Virus record (IMG/VR): IMGVR_UViG_3300011008_000026
Location: 1-64,000 of that record
Strand: one strand, 5' to 3'
DNA: 64,000 nucleotides
Source of the DNA: a virus
Lineage: Duplodnaviria; Caudoviricetes
Shown here in pieces: positions 28,289 through 38,821 of this stretch; the stretch's first letter is position 1; each line of letters begins with the position of its first letter. The notes beneath the pieces are model-generated. The model saw only the letters and a program-made list of their open reading frames with translations. It ran no database searches and was not told the origin of the DNA. The translations under genes and the position numbers were made by a program.

Positions 28289-31200
28289 TTATGAACTAGT
28301 CTTTTTATAATAAGTAGTTTTATAGGTAGCTCCTTTATAATACAAGTGCGTCCCAACTTCATTATATTTTCCATTATGCAAATAATACAAAGGATAGTTT
28401 TCTGAATCCCATTGACTTCCTACCAATGTAACTTCAGCATACGAAAATTTAGCAACACCATCTGCAACACCTTGAGTGTGCCCTTTGTTATATCCGCTAC
28501 TGTATCCGTCATTGTATATGTTTTGTGTGGTAATTCTTCCAATTACAGCTCCATCCAAGTCTAAGTTAACACAATTATGACTTACATTTTTACCATTTTC
28601 TACAACAGTATAAGTATATTGATAAAGATTTAACCATTTGTCCGTGCTCTTAGAATCATTAGTTTTACTGTTTGTAGTTGTTGCTGTTATGTGAGGCCAT
28701 CCACTTGTAGCTGTGCTACCAATCGTTTCCCCTGTAAAGATTGGAGCACTCATATCGTCGTAACACTTCTGGTAATACGTATCTTGTATATGAGGAACTG
28801 CCAAAGTATACTTCGTACTTCCCCATGTGGAACTCGACAAAACAACATTATTTCCGTTTGAATCTTCTCCAAAGGTAACGGTTATCGTATCTGTTACTAC
28901 ACTTCCACTCTTGCTTTGAATTGATAAAGTACCCCAGCCATATCCATAGCTCGTACCGCCAGTCCAGGTGGGTGCTGATATTTTTACTGAACCGGCTGTA
29001 TTAAAAGTTGTTCTTTGAGTCCCGCCGTTATTATCTGTGTAATTAATAGTCACCTGGCCAGTTTGACTATTTTTGGTTATACTTTTTATCGTCTGGAATT
29101 TTAACTTGCCCATTGCATAGTTCATGGAATAAACAGTTCCTTGGTCGTCGCTGTCAAACCATTTTTGCATATCAACAGTTTGAAAAATACCGTTTCCTTG
29201 TGCATCCTCGCCCGTCTTTACGCGAAGTTTTGAAATAGTAACAGTTCCATCTTTTGTCACAGAAAACGGAGCCGCATTCGGAGCGTCTTTCCCGCACCAT
29301 ATTGCATAATAAGTTTTGCTTGTCGCAGTATCAGATAGACCTGATAGTGGATATAAAGTATAAGAACTATCAAGCTTTACATGATTGCTCCCGCTTCCGG
29401 AATACAGGCTTCCTTCTGCGATTGTCCAGCCACCAATATGCCCAGATTTCGAAGTAAGCTCTCCTTTATTTGTAACTTGAAAATTTACTGTATTCGTAGT
29501 AGAATCCGTAATAGCTATTGTGCCACCTGTAATATTAAGGTTTTTTGCAGTAACCTTACCTGCGCTTGTAACTTCAAACTGTTTAACAGATGTCTGTGTT
29601 CCAGATGAATTAGTTTCTAAGGCACTGATTGTTATTGATCCACCTGTTATGTTTAAATTTGAAGCATACACAGTTCCGCTTCTTTGAACTCTGAATGGAG
29701 CATCTGAAATATTTTCTGCGCCGGCCCAAATCACATATGAAGTACTAGATGTGCCGGATTTTTTAGAATCCAAAGCAACATATGACATGCTTGATCCTGA
29801 ACTCAACCGGCCATCCTCGATTGTCCAACCACCGATCAATCCTGTTTTCGATTGAATTTCACCTTGCACAGCGAGAGTGTTATTGGAAAGTGAGTATTTA
29901 AACTTTCCGCCGCCAATAGACAAACCATCTGTACCTATATAAATTCCGGACGCCATTGAATCAAGATTTGTCATTCCATAGTAAATATACGCATCAGTTG
30001 AATTGCCCCCAACCGTAAAAGGCTTGTTCCCGTTTCCTATCTTTACATATCCATTTGAAACAAGTGTAAGCGATTTGTTGGCTGCAACGTTAATTACACT
30101 GCTGCCTTTAATGTTTAAGGCACCGCGGGCAGCATCAATCTCCATATAGGTTCCATCGATAAATGTTCCAGCTTCTTTAAGCGAATACCAGTTTGTTTCG
30201 TTCACCCATTTTGGCGGATTTGTCAGGTTAAACCAGCTGTCTTTGTTTGCGATAACGCATCTATAAACAATGTTGTTGTATATTACTTTATCGCCAACTG
30301 CGTATTCGGTGTTTGCAACCCAATCTACAGCAGTTGCAGTTCCGCTTTCTCTTGTCCCTAAGAATATAGCGGAAGCATCCATCTTAACAAAAGACTTTCC
30401 TCCGTTCCCGCTATAATCCATATATATTTTGTTGGCAAGATTGATACCGTCGGTTCCGATGTATATTCCATCATTAGCCGCACTAAGACTGTCTGCTCCT
30501 TTTGCACGGATGGCAAATTCACCTGTTGAAGAAATATCCAACTTTCCCTGAGAGGCGATATTGATAGTGCCGCCTTTCATGTTGATCTCGCCGCCGCTGA
30601 TAATATTGATCTGAGCCGGATTTATAATAGGTGTATTTGGATCGCTCGGATCGACAGTTTCTTTTCCTGCTTTAATTTCAATCAGAGCATCTGTTGTTTT
30701 AAGAGCTCCGGCAGGGCGGGAACCGTTTACAGTAGCAAATAGATTCAAAGCCTTGTTGCTGCTGATATCAAGCATTTGTCCAATGTTGGCTGACAGTTGT
30801 GTGGTGGTAATAGTCCCGGCTTCAATTCGCTCGCCGGCCAAATAGCCTGTCGTAATGGAGTTTGCAACAATACCGTATCCCGTTGCACAGTTTTCCCATT
30901 GCCACTGTCCGTCAAGGTTCTTGCTTGAAGCGATGCCGAACCCACGGCCGCCGAGAATCATGGCCGACAATCCGTCTGCTGATTCCAGAATAAAGTTCCC
31001 TTTGCTGTCGTTGGACCAGTTTGAAGCGCCACTGTCCAGTTCATTTCTGGCTATCTCTATAGCTCCTGTAAGTTTCGCAGAGGGAAGAGAACCATCAGCA
31101 TTGAACACTTCTACTCTGTCATACAGCTGTTGTTTTGACTTGGTTTCCTTTGCTACTTCGGCAATTCTGGAAAGCATGTCCGTAAACTCATGTCTGCTTG

Positions 31201-34200
31201 AAAGAGTAAGTTTTGTATTTATCTCAAGAGTAGTTTCCCATGGCTTGTCGTAGCATTTGTTAATCTTGTCGATGTATGCCCAGCAGTTGATACCCGCTTC
31301 CGGATCGACAAGATGAGCTGCGTCAGTAATGAGAACATCCGGCCAATCAACATCCTCTTCTTCGTAGAACTCAAGATCTTCGTTCGAACCATACGGGTCT
31401 AAAAATGTGAATTCATACGTTGTTTCCGGCATGGATATTTCTTTTAGCATATCCATACTGTCCGCATACAGCCGGTCTGCGTCTCCTTCTACGTAGTTAG
31501 AATCCTGCCAGCGTCCATCCCGCAAGAGATCACCCAACACATTTGCCAGCTCAAGGTTGCGATCTTTGATGACATTTTGTGCGTTTTGAAGTGCCTTTAA
31601 CTGCACTCCATAGCAATTATCCGCAAGAGTAGCAAACTTTGAAATGAGATTGTTAATCCCAAGACGTTCTCCGCTTGCGGAAACCGATGCGAAAACAGTA
31701 TACACTTCATCTTTGTAGTAAAACTTGTTTGCGTAATTCGCAACCCGGAGGTAATAATACGAAGTAAAACTGGCAACAGACGAAACTATCCGAATATATT
31801 TTGTTTTTGCAGGAGTTGTAAATGTACCTGTTCTATTTCCGTTGGCTTCTGAAAGCACATAAGTATTTAAATATGTTTGATTGATATCATACGCAATACA
31901 AGAAGTCCCGGGCGGAGCACAATACTCATATATTGTGTTTTCGCGTGCTGTTATCAGTCCGGTTCGGTATTGGCCTGTACTTACTTCTGTGGTTTTGACA
32001 AGAAGGTTTTCACCCTTCGGTTCTGCTCCTTCAGCTTGCTCGGTCTCTTCGTTCATCTTGTAGAAATAAGTGTTGTTGAGACTGACTGTAGGAACATTTA
32101 TCCTGACATATCTGATGTTTTCAGGAATGATAATGCTGTCTTCCTTCCAATTGTCTTCTGTCAAAAATACGCGGTCGGTTGCTGCACCGCCGCTGTTGCA
32201 TAACAGACAATAGCTTTCAGCCGGAAGACGATACTTGTAGGTACTTCCTTCTTCCACAGCGATATTTGGCGTTTCAAAACGTCTGATAGAGTCTTCTTCT
32301 ACGCCCGTAAACAGATTAAGCGTGCCAGAAGTAAGAACCATATTCTGTTCAAACTCATTGCTTGAAGGATAAGTAACCGTATCGTAAGGAACAGCAGACG
32401 CCACCACCAGAGTATCGGGGTCATCCAACTCCTGATAAACATGTCCTTCTTTTGTATCAAGCTTAATAATTCCTGTGTTTTTCTGATCTGTAGTAAATGT
32501 GTAATAGAAAGCATAGTCTGTTTTAAACGCATAATTTCCAACCGGAAGTTCGCTGACTGTCGTCTGATAATATTCATACAGACCTTTATAAAGCATGTCT
32601 CTTCTGCGGCAATAATAATAAACACGAGTGAACATGGATGCCACTCTCAGGTCTGCCGCTGTTTCATACTTAACCCAGGAATTACTTTCACCGTGATATA
32701 ACACTTTTCCTCTGGCGTCAAAGTAATAAGCGCCATTGTAAACACTGGGTTTTATTCCGTTCTCGGTAATATAGACACGCTTCCAGTTTGTATCTCCTTT
32801 GGCCCCCCAGCAGAAATAGAGATCCCCAACTTTGTCAGCTGACTTATACCATTTGTAATACCAGCCATATGTATTAGCTACTGCATCAATATCAGGATCA
32901 AGAGTTCCTTCTATTTGAAAATACACCTGATGCTTCTCAGTTGTATTGAAGAGATTTTCAACAGAAGCTTCATCTTCAGCCGTTTTAGCTCCCAGCATAC
33001 CTGACATGCTGTTTGTAGCAAAGAGATAAAACTTGTCGCTGCTGCTGAAGGAAAGCCCCTTCGCCCAAACTGTGATCGCTCCCGGCCGAGAGTCATAGGA
33101 ATACACAAAATCTCCGGCTTCTCCGTTGCTGTTCAGGTAAATGTCGCCATCGTCGTTGTAGATATACCGAAGATAAGCCTTGTCCCATGTAATAGGGTTT
33201 GTATTGTGAACGATGTATATAAGGCTCCCGATTCCGGAAGTGGGTTCTCCGTCTGCACGAAGCTTCTTGGCGACATGCCATTGGAAGAACTTTCTCTCGG
33301 CTTCATCGTAGTCTGTCCTGTAAATAACGCCATCCGGATAAGTGGTAGACTTTTTAATGATCAGTTTGGAATATCCTTCTGCTTCTTCTTCGAATTCACC
33401 AGGATCTCTGTCGATTTGAAGAACATCCAACTTCAAAAATCCAGTATTGGATTGAGCCGTTTCGCTAAGCTGGTTTTCCAGTTCAATCATTTCAGCCGCA
33501 GCGTTTTCAGCATTTGTATAATAGCCCGGAAGATCTCTCTGGAATTTCGCCGTGGTCTGAAACATGGTATCCGTTAAAATGCCGGCTTCGTCATAATACT
33601 TTAAACTCAACAGGAACGGAAATTTATTTTCAACAACAGAGACTTCCGGCTCCGGCAAAGGAAGGTAAGACCCTGTTGGAACTTTGGTAAGTTTATAGGC
33701 TTTAGTTCGCCTGTTATTCCAGATGTATGATTTGGATGTAATGTCCAATTGGCTCCAGACGAGTGTATTTCCAACCGCAAGATCGGTAGCCTTAAAGAAA
33801 TAATCCGTACCATATTCGTCTTCAAATGTAAATTCCTGAATGAGCGCTCCGGTTTCTTCGTCTCTTTGGTTTACAATATCTTCAGTAACAGTGAAAGTAT
33901 ATTCAATGTGCTGACATTTCTGAATGGTTACGGTACCATTCTGATCCCCGTATGAACCATAAGCATACAGCCGGGTGGAAATGTTATCCGTATTCTGAAC
34001 CTTGCTGAGATTGTGGACATTCTTGTCATAGTGAAGCTCAAAGACATTCCCACTCTCCAGAATTTCTTCCGGAATCTCCCCGGCGTCAACTTCCTCAAAG
34101 GGATTCATCGGAAGAATGTCCACTGTTCTGGTATAGCCGTGATATATAGGCTTGGCTTCAAACAGATCACATAGTTTCTCAATCAGCCCAAGAACGCCCG

Positions 34201-34720
34201 TATTTGCGGAAGCAACAAGAGTTCTTTGCTTGATCTCGTCGCTGTTTTTCTCTTTGAATTCATAGACTTCACCCCTGCTCCAGCTGCTTCCTTCCAGAAT
34301 CGTGTCAAGAAGCATTTCAGCTGTACCGACATTATTCCCTTCTTCCGCAGAGAATTCAAGATCCAGATTCTTGTATTTCAAAATCTGTGAGTTGTGTCCG
34401 GCTCGGACTTCCCACAAATGTTCTTCATCGTTGTGGGTGATCTTCGGTTCAGAGATCAGATAATAGTCCGTTTCATAATCGTCGATTGTTCGGAGAAGAT
34501 AATCTCCTTTTAAATAGTCAATTCGATAATTTCGCTCTTCTTCCATTTCATCCGTATAACATACCGACGGAATGGAAAAGTTCAGTTCTTTCCAGCCGTT
34601 GCGTTCCGTTACTCCAAACACATTAAACGCACCGCCGGAAAGATCATGTTCGCTGTCGTATAAATTGCATAGCAATGCGCCGCTGTAATCGCATACGTCT
34701 ACCTTTAAAATTCGCTTCAC
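28289..34720 (-). CDS. Tail spike/Tal (prophage tail endopeptidase-like N-terminus), large minor tail protein
   Basis: TRLYAYG; A..ITTG.L; repeated G.IGGWTI and APF.V...G; directly follows Dit. Confidence 0.75.
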   Translation of the reverse strand: MKRILKVDVCDYSGALLCNLYDSEHDLSGGAFNVFGVTERNGWKELNFSIPSVCYTDEMEEERNYRIDYLKGDYLLRTIDDYETDYYLISEPKITHNDEEHLWEVRAGHNSQILKYKNLDLEFSAEEGNNVGTAEMLLDTILEGSSWSRGEVYEFKEKNSDEIKQRTLVASANTGVLGLIEKLCDLFEAKPIYHGYTRTVDILPMNPFEEVDAGEIPEEILESGNVFELHYDKNVHNLSKVQNTDNISTRLYAYGSYGDQNGTVTIQKCQHIEYTFTVTEDIVNQRDEETGALIQEFTFEDEYGTDYFFKATDLAVGNTLVWSQLDITSKSYIWNNRRTKAYKLTKVPTGSYLPLPEPEVSVVENKFPFLLSLKYYDEAGILTDTMFQTTAKFQRDLPGYYTNAENAAAEMIELENQLSETAQSNTGFLKLDVLQIDRDPGEFEEEAEGYSKLIIKKSTTYPDGVIYRTDYDEAERKFFQWHVAKKLRADGEPTSGIGSLIYIVHNTNPITWDKAYLRYIYNDDGDIYLNSNGEAGDFVYSYDSRPGAITVWAKGLSFSSSDKFYLFATNSMSGMLGAKTAEDEASVENLFNTTEKHQVYFQIEGTLDPDIDAVANTYGWYYKWYKSADKVGDLYFCWGAKGDTNWKRVYITENGIKPSVYNGAYYFDARGKVLYHGESNSWVKYETAADLRVASMFTRVYYYCRRRDMLYKGLYEYYQTTVSELPVGNYAFKTDYAFYYTFTTDQKNTGIIKLDTKEGHVYQELDDPDTLVVASAVPYDTVTYPSSNEFEQNMVLTSGTLNLFTGVEEDSIRRFETPNIAVEEGSTYKYRLPAESYCLLCNSGGAATDRVFLTEDNWKEDSIIIPENIRYVRINVPTVSLNNTYFYKMNEETEQAEGAEPKGENLLVKTTEVSTGQYRTGLITARENTIYEYCAPPGTSCIAYDINQTYLNTYVLSEANGNRTGTFTTPAKTKYIRIVSSVASFTSYYYLRVANYANKFYYKDEVYTVFASVSASGERLGINNLISKFATLADNCYGVQLKALQNAQNVIKDRNLELANVLGDLLRDGRWQDSNYVEGDADRLYADSMDMLKEISMPETTYEFTFLDPYGSNEDLEFYEEEDVDWPDVLITDAAHLVDPEAGINCWAYIDKINKCYDKPWETTLEINTKLTLSSRHEFTDMLSRIAEVAKETKSKQQLYDRVEVFNADGSLPSAKLTGAIEIARNELDSGASNWSNDSKGNFILESADGLSAMILGGRGFGIASSKNLDGQWQWENCATGYGIVANSITTGYLAGERIEAGTITTTQLSANIGQMLDISSNKALNLFATVNGSRPAGALKTTDALIEIKAGKETVDPSDPNTPIINPAQINIISGGEINMKGGTINIASQGKLDISSTGEFAIRAKGADSLSAANDGIYIGTDGINLANKIYMDYSGNGGKSFVKMDASAIFLGTRESGTATAVDWVANTEYAVGDKVIYNNIVYRCVIANKDSWFNLTNPPKWVNETNWYSLKEAGTFIDGTYMEIDAARGALNIKGSSVINVAANKSLTLVSNGYVKIGNGNKPFTVGGNSTDAYIYYGMTNLDSMASGIYIGTDGLSIGGGKFKYSLSNNTLAVQGEIQSKTGLIGGWTIEDGRLSSGSSMSYVALDSKKSGTSSTSYVIWAGAENISDAPFRVQRSGTVYASNLNITGGSITISALETNSSGTQTSVKQFEVTSAGKVTAKNLNITGGTIAITDSTTNTVNFQVTNKGELTSKSGHIGGWTIAEGSLYSGSGSNHVKLDSSYTLYPLSGLSDTATSKTYYAIWCGKDAPNAAPFSVTKDGTVTISKLRVKTGEDAQGNGIFQTVDMQKWFDSDDQGTVYSMNYAMGKLKFQTIKSITKNSQTGQVTINYTDNNGGTQRTTFNTAGSVKISAPTWTGGTSYGYGWGTLSIQSKSGSVVTDTITVTFGEDSNGNNVVLSSSTWGSTKYTLAVPHIQDTYYQKCYDDMSAPIFTGETIGSTATSGWPHITATTTNSKTNDSKSTDKWLNLYQYTYTVVENGKNVSHNCVNLDLDGAVIGRITTQNIYNDGYSSGYNKGHTQGVADGVAKFSYAEVTLVGSQWDSENYPLYYLHNGKYNEVGTHLYYKGATYKTTYYKKTSS

Positions 34721-34736
34721 CTTTTGATCACCACCT

Positions 34737-35840
34737 TTAAGCGAATGTCGGGCTGTAAATAAACTTCAACGAATATAGATACATGCTTGTATCCGGTATG
34801 ATTTCGAGCTCATTCATTTTCATGATTGTAGTTCTTTCACTGCCGCTCGATGAAAGCGCATATTCTTCAGCGAGAGTCAGCGTATGTTCATCCGTCTGAT
34901 TTTCGATCTTTCGCCATTCGTTGTTGAGAAATATATATTCTCCTGTATAATCCTGATAAAGAATATTAGCAACGTCAACAGTTGTGCCGTTATAAGTGGT
35001 ATATATTTCACGGGTGCTCGGGAAAGCAGGATCAAGCGTAATAAAACCCTGATCGTGAAATAAGGAGGCTAACTGAGAAGATGTGCCGTCGTTGCTTCTG
35101 AGCATTGTTTTCCCGCTGATTCCATCAAGATATACATATTTATTCTGCTGGCGGGTATTGTTGGCTGTAATTGCAACAAATCTGCAGAAGGTGTTGTTTG
35201 TTTTATTTTTTATCGTCACACCGTTGCCAACCGATCCGGAAAGTGAAATGCTTAAAGGAGCTTTTTCTGTTCCGGGGTTTGCTAAGATAATGGTTCTGCC
35301 TGTTCCTATATTGGTATATTCCGATACCGGTTTCATTCCGTCTTTATCAAAGAGCGCAGTATTTTGCATGACTTCAAAATAATGATCCCGTGTATTGGAA
35401 TATGTAAACTTATTTTTATCAACAACATTCCAATCTGCATTGTTCAGCCTTCCGTAAGGGTACATGGCTCTCAGCGTAATCGTAATAAGCCCGCTGAGAT
35501 AAGTAATCCCGCCGGAATCATCTATGTCAACGACAGTAGCATTATAGTAGATCCACGGCCGCCGTTGGAATACCAGCCTGCCGCTTTTGCCAATCTTGAA
35601 CAGCGCATAGAATTTTGCCATTAATCCACGATCAATCTGTTTCTCATAAAAACATCTCAGTTTAAACTCCTTGGGTTCTTTCCATGCACCGTAAAAATAT
35701 CCACCGTTATGCCCGTCGTAAGTTTCTTCATGTGTATTGGATCTCGAAGGTTTATAAACATAAGTATCTTCAATCTCAGGAGCGTACTCAATTCCGAGAT
35801 CTCCAATATCAACACCGCAAAATGTAAAACCGCCTTTCAT
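34737..35840 (-). CDS. Distal tail protein (Dit)
   Basis: MKGGFTFCG..., G.L.F...P..YY.A, ..AMYPYG, N.GT..AP; position between TMP and Tal; RBS AAAGGAGG. Confidence 0.75.
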   Translation of the reverse strand: MKGGFTFCGVDIGDLGIEYAPEIEDTYVYKPSRSNTHEETYDGHNGGYFYGAWKEPKEFKLRCFYEKQIDRGLMAKFYALFKIGKSGRLVFQRRPWIYYNATVVDIDDSGGITYLSGLITITLRAMYPYGRLNNADWNVVDKNKFTYSNTRDHYFEVMQNTALFDKDGMKPVSEYTNIGTGRTIILANPGTEKAPLSISLSGSVGNGVTIKNKTNNTFCRFVAITANNTRQQNKYVYLDGISGKTMLRSNDGTSSQLASLFHDQGFITLDPAFPSTREIYTTYNGTTVDVANILYQDYTGEYIFLNNEWRKIENQTDEHTLTLAEEYALSSSGSERTTIMKMNELEIIPDTSMYLYSLKFIYSPTFA

Positions 35841-35929
35841 CTGAGCACCTCCTTTTGTAAATAGGGTAGAGGAGGAGGGGCCGTCAGGAGCCCCTCCTCC
35901 GAATAAATAACCGGAAAGTAATCCTCTCT

Positions 35930-35951
35930 CCATTATGGTGTTTTTCGAATG
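35930..35951 (-). promoter_or_regulatory. Candidate phage late promoter motif CATTCG-N9-ATAATGG upstream of Dit
   Basis: One of four copies (others at about 38653, 59331 and 61266). Confidence 0.5.
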
Positions 35952-35979
35952 GAGAGAAAACTAAATCTAATCGAATCGT

Positions 35980-37722
35980 TTAAAAAGCTAATGCACCCAT
36001 ATTGAAACCTCTGGTAGAAATTTCTTTCTGGAACTGCTTTCCAACCTTCTTTGCGACCGCTCTGATATCTTCATCCGTATTCAGATTGGCCTGAGTAACA
36101 TTTATAATCACGTCTCCGATACTCTGGTTGTAAGTTTGCCCAAGGCTTTCCGGATTCTGCAAGGACATCAACTGAATGTTGATCGAGTTAAGGTAGTCGT
36201 TTAAATCAGCGCTATAATCTTTAATCGCAGTAAGATCGATACTCATCTGATCCATATAGAAGCCAAGCATGTCATAGGTGTCTTGAGCAATCATAAACTC
36301 GGGATCGCCAAGCATTGAAAGTTTAGACGATGAAATGGTACTTGTTTCTCCCGCTTCGTCTATCCCATCAAGAAGTGTCCGTATTAATCTTGTGTCTCCG
36401 GAGCTGAGAAACGCTTCCGGATTTGTTTTCGTTCCGTCAACCCAAGCAGGGCCTGTGAAATCAACTAAGCCACCTTTTTTATAAACTGACATACCTTTCT
36501 TTGCAGTGGTAACCATAGGTGTTACACTTGCGGTAGCTTCATCGGATGTATACCCCTGCTTTTTCAGCAATGAAACTGTAGATGACTTCAAACTATCGAG
36601 ACTTGCGTTCGCTGCATTTTGAGCTTCTGTTTTCGTTTTGAAACCCTTGTTACTGTATGTCCGACCATCAAAAGAGAACGAATAACCATGTTCATCATTT
36701 GTGGTGGTGGTATTAGTGCTTTTATTTCCAGAAGAGCCACTATAACTGGACGAACTTCCGTTTACGTTTATGGTAATTACCGGAACGGAAGTTGTCTCAG
36801 CAGACGCGTTAACATTGTTTGCAAAGTCTGCGGCATAGCTGCCGATAACATGGCTGTACTCATCGTACGGATCGTAGTTCTGAAGTTCAGGATCAACCTG
36901 TTTGGTGCGCTCATAATAATACTTGACTTCACTTGTGTAAAGACCAGTGTCGTATCCTGTACCATTGGCAATTTCTACTTTGTAGGTATAATCCTTCAAA
37001 TCTTCCAGTTTCTCTACGATCTCGTGATTATCAGTCCACTCGGCGTCGTTCTTAGTAGAAGCTTCGAAGTCGTCATACAGTTTTTCCCAATAGGAAATAA
37101 GCGCTTTCTGACCGGCTTCAGAGGCAATCTGATATTCCTGACTCTCTTTCATGAACGCAATAAAGGATTCCTGCGAACGCATTTCTTTGTCAACCTGATC
37201 CCAGTAGGTCTGGACATAACCTTTCATATTATCCCAGGTGTCGCTCCAGCCCTGCTCCATTTGTTTCCGGCTTTCTTCCGATGCGTTTTTATAGGCTTCA
37301 TTATATTGCTTCATCCAGTTCAGGTAATCTTCGAATGACCCGCTCATGATCTTGGAAAGCTCTTCAGAGAAGTTGTTGGAATTTTCCAGCATCTCATTCA
37401 GATCTTCCTCGTAGGCTTCTTCATAGTTGCCGATAGCTTCAATCTGATCGTCTATAATCTGAATAGCGGTATCAGCTTCCTGCTGGGCAATATCCCAGGA
37501 TATCTCCTTTTGAAGATCCGCGATCTGCCTGCGAAGCTCTTTAGCATCCTTTGTACGGGTAGAGTCAGCGGAAATTACGGCAAGCTGACGCTGTAACTCA
37601 GCCAGTTCTTCATACTTATCCGCTTCGTCAATAGCCGACTTCCGGGCATTTAATCTTTCGTTAATCAGACTCTTCTCCTGATTTAACGCTTGCTTCTTCT
37701 TCTCCAGATCTTTCTTCAGTAG
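35980..37722 (-). CDS. Tape measure protein, exon 2 (C-terminal 580 aa)
   Basis: Continues exon 1 in frame (..EWA|LLKKDLEKKK); coiled coil; typical TMP C-terminus YKKGGLVDFTGPAWVDGT..PEAFL. Confidence 0.85.
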   Translation of the reverse strand, partial: LLKKDLEKKKQALNQEKSLINERLNARKSAIDEADKYEELAELQRQLAVISADSTRTKDAKELRRQIADLQKEISWDIAQQEADTAIQIIDDQIEAIGNYEEAYEEDLNEMLENSNNFSEELSKIMSGSFEDYLNWMKQYNEAYKNASEESRKQMEQGWSDTWDNMKGYVQTYWDQVDKEMRSQESFIAFMKESQEYQIASEAGQKALISYWEKLYDDFEASTKNDAEWTDNHEIVEKLEDLKDYTYKVEIANGTGYDTGLYTSEVKYYYERTKQVDPELQNYDPYDEYSHVIGSYAADFANNVNASAETTSVPVITINVNGSSSSYSGSSGNKSTNTTTTNDEHGYSFSFDGRTYSNKGFKTKTEAQNAANASLDSLKSSTVSLLKKQGYTSDEATASVTPMVTTAKKGMSVYKKGGLVDFTGPAWVDGTKTNPEAFLSSGDTRLIRTLLDGIDEAGETSTISSSKLSMLGDPEFMIAQDTYDMLGFYMDQMSIDLTAIKDYSADLNDYLNSINIQLMSLQNPESLGQTYNQSIGDVIINVTQANLNTDEDIRAVAKKVGKQFQKEISTRGFNMGALAF

Positions 37723-38821
37723 CAATTTACGTTAGCACTATTAGGTTGTCATCCTCCGTGCTGTTACACAACAAATTTCCAATGATATCCTCCTGCCGAT
37801 TTTCTTCTTCCTTCGGCGACGGCTTGAATATTTAAGTTTCCCGGCATTGCTTTATTGGCTTCCGTACAACTCGAATAAATTACACCTGTTTCAACGCACA
37901 TAACTGGTCTTGAAACTGCTTTCTTTATCTTTTCTATATGTTCTTCAGATATTGTATGGCCCATATGTGATTTGCTGATTTTTTTTCTCTATACTCTTTA
38001 CTGGATCGTAATCTTCGATATTCGGCGTAAAAGACTGGGTCTTGGAACTGCTTTAATGTTTGCTCTCTTCTTGCTTTTCTGGACTCTTCTTTTTGCAATG
38101 CTTCTTTTACATGCTCAAAGCGGATTTTTGCCTTCTCTGGATTTTCACGATAATGTTTCTTTAGAGACTCGCTTTTCATTTTTGAGTACTCTTCATTGCA
38201 AACCAGCGCCCCATCTCCACCGCAAGTCCAATTATACCCTTTGGCTGAATCCGTAGTATTATAAAGCGCAATATAATATATTTCACGATCATTTATAACA
38301 TCCGGAGTACAAAGCTCTACGATCTCAAATCTAAAGCTATCAGGGCCATATTTATCCCATGCGTTTTGTAAATGCATATTATTATGAATACCTTTTTTTA
38401 ATTTCCAAATATGTAATGCCCATCTTGCTTGAATATCAATTGATCTTCCAATATATCGTTTCCCGTTTACCAAGTTTGTAATAGAATAGACACCGCATTG
38501 CTTCATTGCAATTACTCCTTTTCGTTGTGTAACTCTCATACTTTCGCATGAGTTCAGACTATATCTTACGCACATAAAGTGCGCACCAACCGCTTCGGCA
38601 GAGTGACGAGTTCTGCCTACTCCCAAAGGGGATAGTCGTTGAACCTTACTCTCCATTATGCGTATTTTCGAATGCGCGAATAATGAGGGAGTCTTGGCTG
38701 CTGATTGCCCATTCTAATGCTTGTTATTTTTAAGCGTTCACGTTTGCCTTTTCAGACTGCGTTGTAGCTAGCAAGCCTTTAGGGTGTTCCAGCAATTCGA
38801 TTGGTAGGGCCCTACTGTTTG
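37723..38821 (-). ncRNA. Group I intron in the TMP gene (1,099 nt)
   Basis: 5' exon ends in U with P1 GGGCU/GGCCC; P10 CAGUAG/CUACUG; P AAUUGCUGGAA, Q AAUCAGCAG, R CAACGACUA, S AAGAUAUAGUC; terminal G. Confidence 0.9.
37764..38506 (-). CDS. Intron-encoded GIY-YIG homing endonuclease with NUMOD3/NUMOD1, split by a frameshift at an A8 run
   Basis: GVYSITN..NGKRYIGRS, R...H, E..YI, GYN; C-terminal V.C.ETG..Y.S..EA lies in another frame (37764..37964). Confidence 0.8.

Noticed and set aside
35841-35933. Upstream extension of Dit in the ORF track
   Set aside because: Covers the hairpin and promoter motif; AAAGGAGG RBS supports ATG 35840
38507-38656. N-terminal extensions of endonuclease ORFs in the track (also 59269..59427)
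   Set aside because: They overlap ribozyme core elements; good RBS plus ATG exist at 38506 and 59268
38768-38821. ORF-track C-terminus of the 5,139-aa protein (QTVGPYQSNCWNTLKAC)
   Set aside because: Read-through into the intron's P1-P4 region; not part of the spliced protein
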